Part shown: positions 1-9,288 of the stretch, one piece after another
Layout: the number at the start of each line of letters is the position of its first letter
Position numbering within the stretch: the first letter of the stretch is position 1
Assembly: GCA_964641785.1 (NCBI GenBank)
Contig: CAZXNF010000001.1
Span: forward strand, 8,007-35,884
DNA from: an uncultured Streptomycetaceae bacterium
Lineage (GTDB): Bacteria; Pseudomonadota; Gammaproteobacteria; Burkholderiales; SG8-41
Direction of reading: 5' to 3'
Length of the DNA stretch: 27,878 nucleotides
Made by a program: the position numbers and the translations under genes
The notes under the pieces: model-generated
Seen by the model: the letters and a program-made list of their open reading frames with translations, nothing else
What the model was told of the DNA's origin: nothing
The model's database searches: none

Positions 1-72
1 GCGCAGCTCGGCCTCCATCGCGGTGATCAGGGTCTGGGGAATGACGTGGCTGTGGATGTCGATGACGGGCAT
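1..72 (-). CDS. Amidohydrolase_2 family protein (ACMSD/LigW-like), N-terminal 24 codons only; runs off the window edge
   Basis: Not in the ORF track. Minus strand from ATG at 72 reads MPVIDIHSHVIPQTLITAMEAELR, with the IDxHxH metal motif at the N-terminus typical of amidohydrolase_2. AAAGG lies just upstream. Confidence 0.8.
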   Translation of the reverse strand, partial: MPVIDIHSHVIPQTLITAMEAELR

Positions 73-103
73 GGCTAACCTTTATTTAAAAAATGAATCC
101 CAC

Positions 104-1378
104 TCAGCGGCGATCCGCCGCCGCCAAAAAACCGATGCCCTTGGCCGGCAGCAGCCGGTCCCGCGTCATTTCCGCCAGCGTCGTGATGCCCAGCATCGCC
201 ATGTCGCGCGAGAGCTCATCCTTCAGCAGACGGATCGCATGGTGCAGGCCCTCCGCTCCGGCGACGCTGGCCGCGTAGAGAAACGGGCGGCCCACAAACA
301 CGAACTGCGCGCCCAGCGCGAGCGCCTTCAGGATGTCGGTGCCACGCCGGAAGCCGCTGTCGATCATCACCGCCATGCCGCCGGCTTCGGCAGCAATCGC
401 CGGCAGCACGCGCAGCGGGGACACCACGCCGTCGAGCTGGCGCCCGCCGTGGTTGGAAACGACGATGCCGTCCACCCCGTGCTCGCGCGCGCGGCGGGCG
501 TCGGCCACGTCGAGGATGCCCTTCAGCACGAGCTTGCCCTTCCACAGGCGACGCATCAGCGCCACGTGTTCCCAGTTGAGATGGTCGCGCCGCGCGCGCT
601 CACGGATGGCGGTCCGCGACATCAGCGGCGTGCGCAGCCCCATGTTCTCGTAGTGCGGCATGCCGTGCGTGAGCAGCGTGCGCAGGAACATGCCGCACAG
701 CCAGCGCGGCCGCGTCATGCAGTCCCACGCCATGCGGGCCGTGGGCCGCAGCGGCGCATCGTAGCCGTTGCGCACGTTGTTCTCGCGGTTGGCCTGCACC
801 GGCACGTCCACCGTCAGCACCAGCGTCTCGAAGCCCGCGCGCGTCACGCGCTCGACCAGCGTGGTGATCGCGCCGTCCTCGCCCGGCAGGTAGGCCTGGA
901 ACCACGCGGTGCGCCCGGCCGCCCGCACGTCTTCCAGTCGCATGAGCGATGCGCCGCTCTGGATCATCGGAATGTTGGCTTCCGCCGCGGTACGCGCGAA
1001 CACGAGATCGCCCTGGTAAGCCGCGAGCGAGGTGCCGCCCATCGGCGCAAGGCCGAATGGCAGGTCGTAGGTCTGCCCGAACAACGTCGTTCCCGCCGAA
1101 CGGCCCGCGACATTCACCAGCGTGCGCGGCAACAGCGCGAGTTCGTCGAACACGGAGCGGTTGCCGCGCAACGCGACGTTGTCTTCAACGCCGCCGGAGA
1201 CGTAGCCGAACACCGGGCGCGGCAGGCGGCGGCGCGCGGCCGCTTCGAAATCCTCCAGCGACAGCATTCTGCGGAGCGCTCTGGGTAACGCCGCGACCGG
1301 CCGGGCTTCGTTGAAGGGGCGTGCCGGCGCTTGCGCCGCGGGCGTCGTCGGCGAGCCGGGGCTGGGAATGTCGGGCAT
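104..1378 (-). CDS. FMN-dependent alpha-hydroxy-acid oxidase/dehydrogenase (L-lactate dehydrogenase LldD-like family)
   Basis: Motifs APMG, WFQAY, LTVD, LVLKG, VSNHGGRQLDG and DSGFRRGTDILKALALGA. GAAGGAG SD 8 nt upstream of the ATG. Confidence 0.95.
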   Translation of the reverse strand: MPDIPSPGSPTTPAAQAPARPFNEARPVAALPRALRRMLSLEDFEAAARRRLPRPVFGYVSGGVEDNVALRGNRSVFDELALLPRTLVNVAGRSAGTTLFGQTYDLPFGLAPMGGTSLAAYQGDLVFARTAAEANIPMIQSGASLMRLEDVRAAGRTAWFQAYLPGEDGAITTLVERVTRAGFETLVLTVDVPVQANRENNVRNGYDAPLRPTARMAWDCMTRPRWLCGMFLRTLLTHGMPHYENMGLRTPLMSRTAIRERARRDHLNWEHVALMRRLWKGKLVLKGILDVADARRAREHGVDGIVVSNHGGRQLDGVVSPLRVLPAIAAEAGGMAVMIDSGFRRGTDILKALALGAQFVFVGRPFLYAASVAGAEGLHHAIRLLKDELSRDMAMLGITTLAEMTRDRLLPAKGIGFLAAADRR

Positions 1379-1468
1379 GGCGCAAACTCCTTCGGGACTG
1401 GTCGGGCGGCGCGGAACGAACGCGCCAAGCCCCGGTCATGGTTAAAGACGGGGATTATTCCACGCCGC

Positions 1469-1474
1469 TATACT
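1469..1474 (+). promoter_or_regulatory. Putative sigma70 -10 element (TATACT) for the DUF393 gene, possibly leaderless
   Basis: TATACT ends 7 nt before the ATG at 1482. No SD-like sequence in between. Confidence 0.4.
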
Positions 1475-1481
1475 CCACCGC

Positions 1482-1871
1482 ATGGACAAAACGCCTCCGC
1501 CGGCCGCGCTGGCCGCGCTGGCCGTTTACTACGACGGCACCTGCCCGCTGTGCCAGCGGGAGATCGGCCATTACCGTTCCCTGCAGCCTGCGTGCGCGGT
1601 GCAGTGGGTGGACGTTTCCGCCTCCTCCACCGCGCTGCCGCCGGGAATCAGCCGCGCCGACGCGCTCGCCCGCTTTCATGTCCGGCGGCCCGACAGAACA
1701 GTTCTCTCCGGTGCGCGCGCGTTCATCGAACTGTGGACGCACATGCCCGGCTGGCGGTGGCTCGCCCTGCCGCTCCGGGTAGCGCCCCTGCCGTGGCTTG
1801 CGGAACACGCCTACCGCGCGTTCCTGCGCGTCCGGCCGTGGCTTCAGCGACGCGCCGCCACGCGCCCCTGA
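1482..1871 (+). CDS. DUF393 / DCC1-like thiol-disulfide oxidoreductase family protein
   Basis: N-terminal YYDGTCPLCQREI (DxxCxxC), then 'DALARFHV...GARAFIELW' and 'AEHAYRAF', all typical of the family. Confidence 0.9.
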   Translation: MDKTPPPAALAALAVYYDGTCPLCQREIGHYRSLQPACAVQWVDVSASSTALPPGISRADALARFHVRRPDRTVLSGARAFIELWTHMPGWRWLALPLRVAPLPWLAEHAYRAFLRVRPWLQRRAATRP

Positions 1872-1884
1872 TCCGTCGTTACGC

Positions 1885-2748
1885 TCAGGCGATGAGGTCG
1901 CCGTAAAGCTCCGGCCGCCGGTCGCGCCACCACGGAATCTTCTTCCGCTCGCGGCTCGCCTGATCGAGATCCAGCGTCGCCACCAGCAGTTGCGGCTCAG
2001 TGGTGCCGGCTTCGGCGATGATGGTGCCCGTGGGATCGACGATCATGCTGCGGCCGAGATGGTTGCGCACACTCTCCTGCCCCACGCGGTTCGCGGCGAC
2101 GACGTAGACGCCGTTTTCATAGGCCCGCGCGCGCAGCGCCACGTCCCAGATGCCGGCGCGGTGCTGCGGGTCGCTGTAAGTGGAATAACAGATCGGCATG
2201 AAGATGATCTCCGCGCCGCGGATGGCGAGCACGCGCGAGGGTTCCGGATACAGCCGGTCGTTGCAGATCTGGATGCCGAAACGCGTGCCGCGCCAGTCGA
2301 ACACGGGCAACGCGCCGCCCGGCCGGAAGTACATCCGCTCGTAGCTGCCGGTGCCGCCGGCCTGCTCGTCCGGGAAGTAGGCCGGGATGTGCGTCTTGCG
2401 ATAGGTGCCGATGACTTCGCCGCGCTCGTCGCACACCAGGGCCGAGTTGAAATTGCCTTCAGGCGCGCGCTCAGCGAACGGCCAGATCGCGGCGATGCCG
2501 TGGCGGCGCGACAGCGCGCGCAACTCCTGCATCACCGGTCCGTCCGCCGCAATGAAGAAACGGTCGAAGTCCGGCGTCAGCCGGTTGGGGAAGAACGGCG
2601 CGAGGAACAGCTCGGAGAAGGTCACCAGTTCTACCTGCTGCGCGGCCGCCTGTTTCATCAGCGCCGCCGCGGCGGGCAACATGCCAACCGGATCGTCCGC
2701 GAGCACGGGGCCGGTCTGGGCGGCGGCGACGATGAGGGTTCGGGGCAT
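1885..2748 (-). CDS. Nitrilase-superfamily carbon-nitrogen hydrolase (N-carbamoylase / beta-ureidopropionase-like), paralog 1
   Basis: Catalytic triad E (FSELF), K (YRKTHIP), C (QICNDR); C-terminal WWRDRRPELY. Start moved to 2748 (MPRTLIVAAAQTGP) by comparison with paralog 2 and the family N-terminus. Confidence 0.92.
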   Translation of the reverse strand: MPRTLIVAAAQTGPVLADDPVGMLPAAAALMKQAAAQQVELVTFSELFLAPFFPNRLTPDFDRFFIAADGPVMQELRALSRRHGIAAIWPFAERAPEGNFNSALVCDERGEVIGTYRKTHIPAYFPDEQAGGTGSYERMYFRPGGALPVFDWRGTRFGIQICNDRLYPEPSRVLAIRGAEIIFMPICYSTYSDPQHRAGIWDVALRARAYENGVYVVAANRVGQESVRNHLGRSMIVDPTGTIIAEAGTTEPQLLVATLDLDQASRERKKIPWWRDRRPELYGDLIA

Positions 2749-2799
2749 GATCGAGGGATGCGAAACGAAACGCGAGACCTGCATCGCGCGGGCGTCTGT

Positions 2800-2808
2800 T
2801 GGTACAAT
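2800..2808 (+). promoter_or_regulatory. Extended -10 promoter (TGnTACAAT) for the tctC-amidohydrolase-FAD oxidoreductase-tctC operon
   Basis: TG-G-TACAAT about 60 nt upstream of the ATG at 2870, in a 121-bp divergent intergenic region. Confidence 0.55.
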
Positions 2809-2869
2809 CGTTGCCGCATTGTTGCACGTGACCCCGGTCCGACAAAACCCCTTTCTTCTGGAGTTCTTC

Positions 2870-3838
2870 ATGCATCGCTTCGCCTTGTCCGTGCTGGCCC
2901 TGGGCCTGCTGCCGCTTCCGGCGTGGGCCGCCGATGCGGGCTTTCCCACGCGCCCGATCCGTCTGATCGTCGGCTATCCACCGGGCGGCAGCACCGACAT
3001 CGCGGCGCGCCTCGTCGGGCAGAAACTCGCCCCGGTGTTCGGTCAGACCATCGTCATCGACAACCGCGCCGGTGCGAGCGGCACCATCGGCGCCGGCATT
3101 GTCGTGCGCGCCGAACCCGACGGCTATACGCTTTCGTTCGCCGCTTCGCCTGAAGTGGCGATCTACCGTGCGCTGATGAAGAACCCGCCCTACGATTCGC
3201 TGAAGGACTTCCAGCCGGTCACGCTGGTCGGTCGCGTGCCCTTCATGCTGGTGGTGCATCCGTCCGTGCAGGCCGGCAGCGTCAAGGAACTCATCGCGCT
3301 CGCGAAAGCCAAGCCCGGCGCGCTCAACTTCGCGTCCTTCGGCAACGGCACCTCCAACCATCTGGTCGGCGAAGCCTTCCGTGCCACGACCGGCATCAGC
3401 ATCGTGCACATCCCGTACAAAGGCAGCGCGCCGGCGATGGCCGACCTGCTGGGCGGCCAAGTGCAAATGGCGTTCGACACCATCCCCGTCGTGCTGCCGC
3501 AGGTGCGCGCCGGCAAACTCAAAGCGCTGGCAGTGGCGACGCCCAAGCGTTCCCCGCTCGCGCCCGACGTGCCGACCATGGACGAGGCGGGCGTTGCCGG
3601 CTTCGCGGGCGGCACCTGGTTCGGCATCCTCGCGCCCGCCAAAACGCCGGCTGCCGTGGTGGACCGTCTGGCGAAGGAAGTCACCGCGATCCTGCGCGCG
3701 CCGGACGTCGCGCAGAGCCTCAACGATCGCGGCATCGAGCCCGTCGGCAACACGCCCGCGGAGTTCCGCGCCTTCATCGACGCGGAAACGCGCCGCTGGC
3801 TGAAAGTGGCGCAGGGCGCGGGCATCAACCCCGAATGA
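2870..3838 (+). CDS. Bug/TctC family tripartite tricarboxylate transporter substrate-binding protein
   Basis: Signal peptide; FPTRPIRLIVGYPPGGSTD, DNRAGA, PDGYTL, FGNGTSNHL, HIPYKG motifs. TGGAG SD before the ATG at 2870; the longer track ORF is an upstream extension. Confidence 0.95.
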   Translation: MHRFALSVLALGLLPLPAWAADAGFPTRPIRLIVGYPPGGSTDIAARLVGQKLAPVFGQTIVIDNRAGASGTIGAGIVVRAEPDGYTLSFAASPEVAIYRALMKNPPYDSLKDFQPVTLVGRVPFMLVVHPSVQAGSVKELIALAKAKPGALNFASFGNGTSNHLVGEAFRATTGISIVHIPYKGSAPAMADLLGGQVQMAFDTIPVVLPQVRAGKLKALAVATPKRSPLAPDVPTMDEAGVAGFAGGTWFGILAPAKTPAAVVDRLAKEVTAILRAPDVAQSLNDRGIEPVGNTPAEFRAFIDAETRRWLKVAQGAGINPE

Positions 3839-5049
3839 GCGCCATGCGGACCGTCCTCACCAATGCCACCCTGATCGACTGCGTCAGTCCGCAGCCCGCC
3901 ACCGGCACCTCGGTCGTCATCGAGAAAGGCCGTATCGCCGAGATCCTGCCTGCCGGGAAAAAACCCGCCATCGGCGACAGCGAAGTCATCGACCTCAAGG
4001 GCGCATATCTGCTGCCGGGCCTGTGGGACGTGCACATCCACCCGGACTACCTATCGCTCGCCGACATGCCCCTGCCCGACCAGGTCACGCTGTTCGGCCA
4101 CAAGCTGATGGAGGCACTCACCGAGTCGGGAATCACCGGTTTCCGCTGCGCCGGCGCGCACCACTACATGGACGTGGCGTGGAAGCGTGCTTTCGATTCC
4201 GGCCAGTACGTCGGCCCGCGCCTGTTCGCCGCAGGGCACTTCCTGACGACGACCGCCGGCCACTTCCTCACCTCCGGCCACGCGCTGGAATGCGACGGCC
4301 CCTACGGTTTCGTGAAAGCGATCCGCGAGCAAATCAAGAACGGCGTGGATCACATCAAGCTGAACCTCTCGGGCGGCATCATGGGTCCGGCGTGGGATCT
4401 GCACCAGCATTCCTTCCTGCTCAGCGAGGAACTGAAGGCCGCATTCGACATCTGCCACCTGCGCGAATTCAAGGTCATGGCCCATGCCACCAATCCGGAG
4501 GCCGTGAAAAACGCGATCCGTCACGGCGCGCACAGCGTCGAGCACGGCTACATCATGGACGACGAATGCATCGAGCTCTTCTTGAAGCACGGCACCTGGT
4601 ACGTGCCGACGCTGGCCATCAGCCACCTCACGCCCGAGCAGGTCGACAACGACTGGGAACGCGCGTGGGTGAAACAGCGCGCCATGCACCAGTCGCACTG
4701 CTGCCGTGCCGACGCCGCGTCGGATGTGCATGCGACGTGGTTCCGCAAGGCGCTGGAGGCCGGCGTGAAAATGGCGCTGGGCTCCGACATCCGGCCGCTG
4801 AAGGACGCCGGACTGCTGGAGATGGGCCTGTGGGTGAAGGACGGCGCGACGCCCTGGCAGACCCTGCTGGCGGCCACCCGCGATGCCGCCGCGCTGTGCG
4901 GGGTCGGCGACGAACTCGGCACCGTGGAAACCGGCAAGCTCGCCGACCTGATCGTGGTCGGCGCGAACCCGCTGGATAACATCAACCACGTGCGGCAACT
5001 GCAACTCGTGTTCAAGGAAGGCCGGATCGTTTCGGACAAACGCGCCTGA
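3835..5049 (+). CDS. Binuclear metal-dependent amidohydrolase (imidazolonepropionase / Xaa-Pro dipeptidase-like subgroup)
   Basis: PGLWDVHIH (HxH), DHIK (carbamylated Lys position), MAHA, SVEHG, GSD, and a GKLADL C-terminal motif. ATGA overlap with the upstream stop. Confidence 0.92.
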   Translation: MSAMRTVLTNATLIDCVSPQPATGTSVVIEKGRIAEILPAGKKPAIGDSEVIDLKGAYLLPGLWDVHIHPDYLSLADMPLPDQVTLFGHKLMEALTESGITGFRCAGAHHYMDVAWKRAFDSGQYVGPRLFAAGHFLTTTAGHFLTSGHALECDGPYGFVKAIREQIKNGVDHIKLNLSGGIMGPAWDLHQHSFLLSEELKAAFDICHLREFKVMAHATNPEAVKNAIRHGAHSVEHGYIMDDECIELFLKHGTWYVPTLAISHLTPEQVDNDWERAWVKQRAMHQSHCCRADAASDVHATWFRKALEAGVKMALGSDIRPLKDAGLLEMGLWVKDGATPWQTLLAATRDAAALCGVGDELGTVETGKLADLIVVGANPLDNINHVRQLQLVFKEGRIVSDKRA

Positions 5050-5072
5050 TCCGCCGTGCACACTCCACGGGC

Positions 5073-6428
5073 ATGTACCGCATGAACACCACCGTCACTG
5101 AATCCGCTCGAAAACTGCCGGTCGTCCGCACCCCCGACATACTGGTGGTAGGCGGGGGTGCCGCAGGACTGGCCGCCGCACTCGCCGCCGCGCGCGAAGG
5201 CGCCTCGACGCTGCTCGTGGAACGCTACGGATTTCTGGGAGGAACGCTGTCGGCCGTGACGCTTGGCACTCTCTGTGGCGCATACCTCGTGGACGGCGAC
5301 GAACACGCCCTGATCGTCGGCGGTGTGTACGCCGACCTCGTGGCGCGTCTTACGGCACGCGGCGCTGCCCTGCCGCCACGGCGATGGCTGAAGAACGTGT
5401 CGATTCCCTACGACCCCACCGCGCTGCGTTTGGAAGCGGACCGCATGGCGCAGGCGGCCGGCGTCGAGCTGCTCCTGCATACACTGGTGGTCGACGTCCA
5501 TACCGTCGCAGGACGGGTGAGCGCGGTCATCATCGAGAACAAAGGCGGACGGGCTGCGATCGTGCCGCGCATCGTGATCGATGCCTCCGGCGACGGCGAC
5601 GTGGCGGCCCGAGCCGGCGCCACGTTCACCGTCGGCGAAGCCGGCCAGACGCAGTTTGCGTCCACCATGCTCCGCTTCGGCGGCGTGGACGTGGCACGCT
5701 TCCTCGAGATTCCGCGCGCCGCACGGCTCGAACGGCTGGAACGCGCTGCCGCGGACGGTTACGCCCTGCCCCGCACGTCCGCCGGCCTGCAGGTCCACCC
5801 CAACGAAGGCGTGGTCCACGCCAATGTCACGCGCGTCCGGCAAGTTGACGGCAGCAGCTACGACCTGCTCGACCCGTGGTCGCTGACCGCGGCGGAAATC
5901 GAAGGCCGGCGGCAGGCGTACCTGTACGAGGAAGTACTGCAGCGCTATATGCCCGGCTTCGAGCGGGCGAAGATCGTTGACATGGGTGCGCATCTGGGCG
6001 TCCGCGAGACGCGCCTCGTCGAAGGGAATTACCGTCTGACCGAGGCGGATGTGCGCGGCTGTGCCAAGCCCGAGGACACCATCGCCTGCTGTGCGTGGCC
6101 GATGGAAATGCACGGCGCCGATCGCGGCACGGTCTGGGACTGGCTGCCCGAAGGTGACTGGTTCGGCATCCCCTACCGCTGCCTTACCGCCAGAGGGTTC
6201 GACAACCTGCTGGTTGCCGGCCGCAACCTTTCCGCCACGCATGCCGCGCAGTCGTCGGCACGAGTGGCCGCCACGTGCATGGCCATGGGCGAGGCCGCGG
6301 GCACGGCAGCCGCCCTTTCCCTCAGTGCGCGGGACGACATACGCCAAGTGCCCGCGCCTGCGCTCCGGCAAAGACTCACCGCGCACGGCGGCATACTGGC
6401 ACCTCCGGTTTTGCGCGCCGCAGCCTGA
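5073..6428 (+). CDS. FAD-dependent oxidoreductase (PF12831-like)
   Basis: DILVVGGGAAG dinucleotide motif, LVERYGFLGG, IDASGDGD, GVRETR, IPYRCL and NLLVAGR...SS.RV..TCMAMGEAAG. Start could be 5082. Confidence 0.9.
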   Translation: MYRMNTTVTESARKLPVVRTPDILVVGGGAAGLAAALAAAREGASTLLVERYGFLGGTLSAVTLGTLCGAYLVDGDEHALIVGGVYADLVARLTARGAALPPRRWLKNVSIPYDPTALRLEADRMAQAAGVELLLHTLVVDVHTVAGRVSAVIIENKGGRAAIVPRIVIDASGDGDVAARAGATFTVGEAGQTQFASTMLRFGGVDVARFLEIPRAARLERLERAAADGYALPRTSAGLQVHPNEGVVHANVTRVRQVDGSSYDLLDPWSLTAAEIEGRRQAYLYEEVLQRYMPGFERAKIVDMGAHLGVRETRLVEGNYRLTEADVRGCAKPEDTIACCAWPMEMHGADRGTVWDWLPEGDWFGIPYRCLTARGFDNLLVAGRNLSATHAAQSSARVAATCMAMGEAAGTAAALSLSARDDIRQVPAPALRQRLTAHGGILAPPVLRAAA

Positions 6429-6470
6429 CCGCACAAGGTCGTGTACAGGACCACAAGAGGAGAACCACCG

Positions 6471-7454
6471 ATGCGATTCGATCGTTCCGTATGCCGGCGC
6501 GTGCTGCTGGCCGTTACCGCTATTCTCGTCCCATGGGCCGCACCTGCCGCTGCGCAATCCTATCCCAGCAAACCGATCCGGATGCTCATTCCGTACACGC
6601 CGGGCGGGCCAACCGATCTCGTTGGCCGCGCCATCGCGCAGCGTCTGCAGGCAGCGTTCGGACAACAGGTGGTGGTGGATAACCGGGCCGGTGGCGGCGG
6701 CGTGATCGCCGTCGAGATCGTGGCCAAGTCCGCGCCCGACGGCTACACGATACTCCTCGCGACGCCGGGCCAGCTCGTGATCCTGCCGCTGCTCGCCCCC
6801 CATCTGCCGTTCGACACGCAGCGCGACTTCATGCCTCTCACCAAGCTGGTGGACACCCCGCAGGTGTTGCTCGCCTTCGGCAAGTTTCCACCCGGCACGG
6901 TGGCGGAACTGGTGGCCTATGCCAAGCAGCGCCCCGGGCAGATCAGCTACGGCTCCGTGCAGACGGGCGGGACCGGGCACCTCGGCATGGAACTCCTGAA
7001 GCAGGCCGGCGGCATCGAAATGGTGCACGTACCGTATAAAGGCACCGCGCCCGCGCTCACCGACCTCATCGCCGGGCGCATCCAGATCATGTTTTCCAGC
7101 CTGCCGAGCGTACAGCAGCACGTGCAGGCCGGGCGCGTGAAACTGCTGGCGACCGGTGCGCGCACCCGTACCGACGCGATTCGGGACGTGCCCACAATCA
7201 ACGAAACGATCCTTGGCTTCGATCTCGTGACGTGGTACGGGATCTTCGTGCCGCGCCGCACGCCGGCGCCCGTGATCGGACGCCTGCACGCGGAACTGCT
7301 GACGATCCTGAAAAGCCCGGAGATCGCGCAGACCTTCGCCGCGCAGGGCGTGGAGCCGGCATGGACCACGCCGAAAGAACTGGAAGCCACCATGCAGACG
7401 GAGACCGAGCGCTGGCGCAAAGTCATCAAGGCCGCCGGGATCAGGCTGGAGTAG
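6471..7454 (+). CDS. Bug/TctC family substrate-binding protein
   Basis: YPSKPIRMLIPYTPGGPTD, PDGYTI, HVPYKG. GAGGAG SD before the ATG at 6471. Confidence 0.95.
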   Translation: MRFDRSVCRRVLLAVTAILVPWAAPAAAQSYPSKPIRMLIPYTPGGPTDLVGRAIAQRLQAAFGQQVVVDNRAGGGGVIAVEIVAKSAPDGYTILLATPGQLVILPLLAPHLPFDTQRDFMPLTKLVDTPQVLLAFGKFPPGTVAELVAYAKQRPGQISYGSVQTGGTGHLGMELLKQAGGIEMVHVPYKGTAPALTDLIAGRIQIMFSSLPSVQQHVQAGRVKLLATGARTRTDAIRDVPTINETILGFDLVTWYGIFVPRRTPAPVIGRLHAELLTILKSPEIAQTFAAQGVEPAWTTPKELEATMQTETERWRKVIKAAGIRLE

Positions 7455-7491
7455 CGCCAAGAGCGCCCGGTCGAGCGGAGCGGCGGCAAAC

Positions 7492-8472
7492 TCAGTCGGC
7501 ACGTGCCCCGGAGGCTTTGATCACCTTGCCCCACTTGGCGATTTCGGCCTTGATGAATGCGCCGAGTTCCTCCGGCGTATTCCGGCTGAACTCGCTGCCG
7601 TCACCCGCCAGTTTGTCCTTCACTTCCGGCAAGGGCAGCACGCGCACGACCTCGGCGTTGAGTTTGCCGATGACCGCCTTGGGCGTACCCGCCGGCGCCA
7701 GTAATGCCGTCCAGCCGACCGCGGAAAAACCGGGTACGCCGGATTCCGCCACCGTCGGCAGATCCGGCACGAACGCGAAGCGCCTTGCGCTGCTGACCGC
7801 CAGTCCGCGCAGTTTGCCCGCGCTGATCTGCGGGCCGGCGGCAATGGCATCCCCGAACATCATCGTGATTTGCCCGCCCATGACGTCCGCAAGCGCGGGG
7901 CCGGTGCCCTTGTAGGGAACATGCGTGAGGTCCACGCCGGTCATCGTTTTCAGCAGTTCCCCTGCCAGGTGCCCGGGTGAGCCTACGCCGGAGGACCCGA
8001 AGGTGAGTTTTCCCGGCCGGCTCCTCGCCAGCGCGAGCAATTCCTTAACCGATTTCGCCTCCACCCCGGGATTGACGACCAGGGCATAGACGGTCGTGGC
8101 CACCATCGCTACCGGCGCGAAATCGCGGACCGGATCGAACGGAATCTTGCTGTAGAGAGAAACGTTGATGGCGGTGGGCCCTGCCCCCGTCATGATGAGC
8201 GTGTAGCCGTCCGGCTGCGCCTTCGCCGTCAGGTCCATGGCGATATTGCCGCCCCCGCCGCCGCGGTTGTCGATGATGACCTGCTGTGCGAACGTTTCGG
8301 TGAACTTCTGGCCGATGATGCGTGCGGCGAGGTCCACGCCACCGCCCGGCGGATAGGCGACGAGAATACGGATCGGACGGCTGGGATACGGTTGCGTCTG
8401 CGCCACGGCGCTCAGGCAGACCGGCATGAGAACCAGCGCACCCGCAAGGGATACCACGCGATGCCATTTCAT
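7492..8472 (-). CDS. Bug/TctC family substrate-binding protein
   Basis: YPSRPIRILVAYPPGGGVD, PDGYTL, GSSGVGSPGHL, HVPYKG. GGAGAG SD before the ATG at 8472. Confidence 0.95.
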   Translation of the reverse strand: MKWHRVVSLAGALVLMPVCLSAVAQTQPYPSRPIRILVAYPPGGGVDLAARIIGQKFTETFAQQVIIDNRGGGGGNIAMDLTAKAQPDGYTLIMTGAGPTAINVSLYSKIPFDPVRDFAPVAMVATTVYALVVNPGVEAKSVKELLALARSRPGKLTFGSSGVGSPGHLAGELLKTMTGVDLTHVPYKGTGPALADVMGGQITMMFGDAIAAGPQISAGKLRGLAVSSARRFAFVPDLPTVAESGVPGFSAVGWTALLAPAGTPKAVIGKLNAEVVRVLPLPEVKDKLAGDGSEFSRNTPEELGAFIKAEIAKWGKVIKASGARAD

Positions 8473-8577
8473 CAGTGCTCTCCAAAGTCGGTTGAATCGG
8501 CCGGAGACGGGGTGTTGCCGTCCACGCTTGCACAACAAGCAAATTCAACGCCAGCGGCGCCCGTACGGCTCCGGGGG

Positions 8578-9288
8578 CTAGGCCCGCGGACCCAGCACAG
8601 CGAAATAGTCCACCGCCGCTTTCGTCTCCATGACCTCGCCGTACTTCTGGTGCATGTCGAACAGGTTGATCCAGTGCGACGCCTGGGTCCGGTCGAAACA
8701 GCAGTCCCCGACGATGCCGATGCGGTAGCGATAGGCCTGGCCGTCCAGCACGGACGCCCGCACGCAGCCGCTCGTCGATTCGCCGCAGACGATCAGGGTA
8801 TCGATGCCTGACTGGCGCAGGTAGTGCAGCAGCGGCGTGCCGTTGAATGCACTGGGCGCGGTCTTGCCGATCACGAGATCGCCCGGTTGCGGGGCAACCT
8901 CGGCCACGATCTGATTCGACAGCGCACGAATATCGGGCGGCAGGTGATCGACGCCGCGATTGGCCTTGCCGCCGCGATCCATGACCCGCGTGCGGTCGCT
9001 CGGGAAGCCCTCCAATGCATGCGCATAGATGACCGGAACGCGATGCGCGCGGGCGGCGGCGATGAGCCCCACCATGCGGTCGATGGCCTCCCAGCCCTCG
9101 AGCCCGCAGCTCATCGGCCAGTCCTTGATCGACTCGAGAATGGGCTTGCGTTCGTGCCCGACCGCGCCGTAATACACGTCGATCACGAGCAATGCCGGAC
9201 GCCCGCCCAGTTCGTCCTTCCCCTGCTTGCCCCAGACCGCGAGCAGCTGCTTGTCCCGGTCCGTCAGAAAATCATCCCAGCCTGCCAT
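8578..9288 (-). CDS. Isochorismatase-family cysteine hydrolase (maleamate amidohydrolase / N-carbamoylsarcosine amidase-like)
   Basis: RPALLVID (Asp), IGKTAPSAF (Lys), GESTSGCVRAS (Cys) catalytic triad. Confidence 0.92.
   Translation of the reverse strand: MAGWDDFLTDRDKQLLAVWGKQGKDELGGRPALLVIDVYYGAVGHERKPILESIKDWPMSCGLEGWEAIDRMVGLIAAARAHRVPVIYAHALEGFPSDRTRVMDRGGKANRGVDHLPPDIRALSNQIVAEVAPQPGDLVIGKTAPSAFNGTPLLHYLRQSGIDTLIVCGESTSGCVRASVLDGQAYRYRIGIVGDCCFDRTQASHWINLFDMHQKYGEVMETKAAVDYFAVLGPRA

Noticed and set aside
73-103. AT-rich patch (TTTATTTAAAAAAT) in a GC-rich window
   Set aside because: It is only 31 nt between co-oriented genes and is adequately explained as an unstructured translation-initiation region.
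2405-2869. N-terminal extensions given in the ORF track (also 9227, 12196, 13539, 18852, 19291, 19520, 22952)
   Set aside because: They overlap neighbouring genes or promoters. Downstream starts match the family N-termini and usually have an SD.
4548-7502. 984-aa minus-strand ORF, and the other long antisense ORFs (23-1288, 1798-3153, 10388-12181, 12343-13311, 17764-18894, 19652-21253, 22499-23608)
   Set aside because: They lie antisense to well-supported genes, have no family motifs and are Arg/Ala/His-rich. This is the expected shadow of high-GC codon bias.
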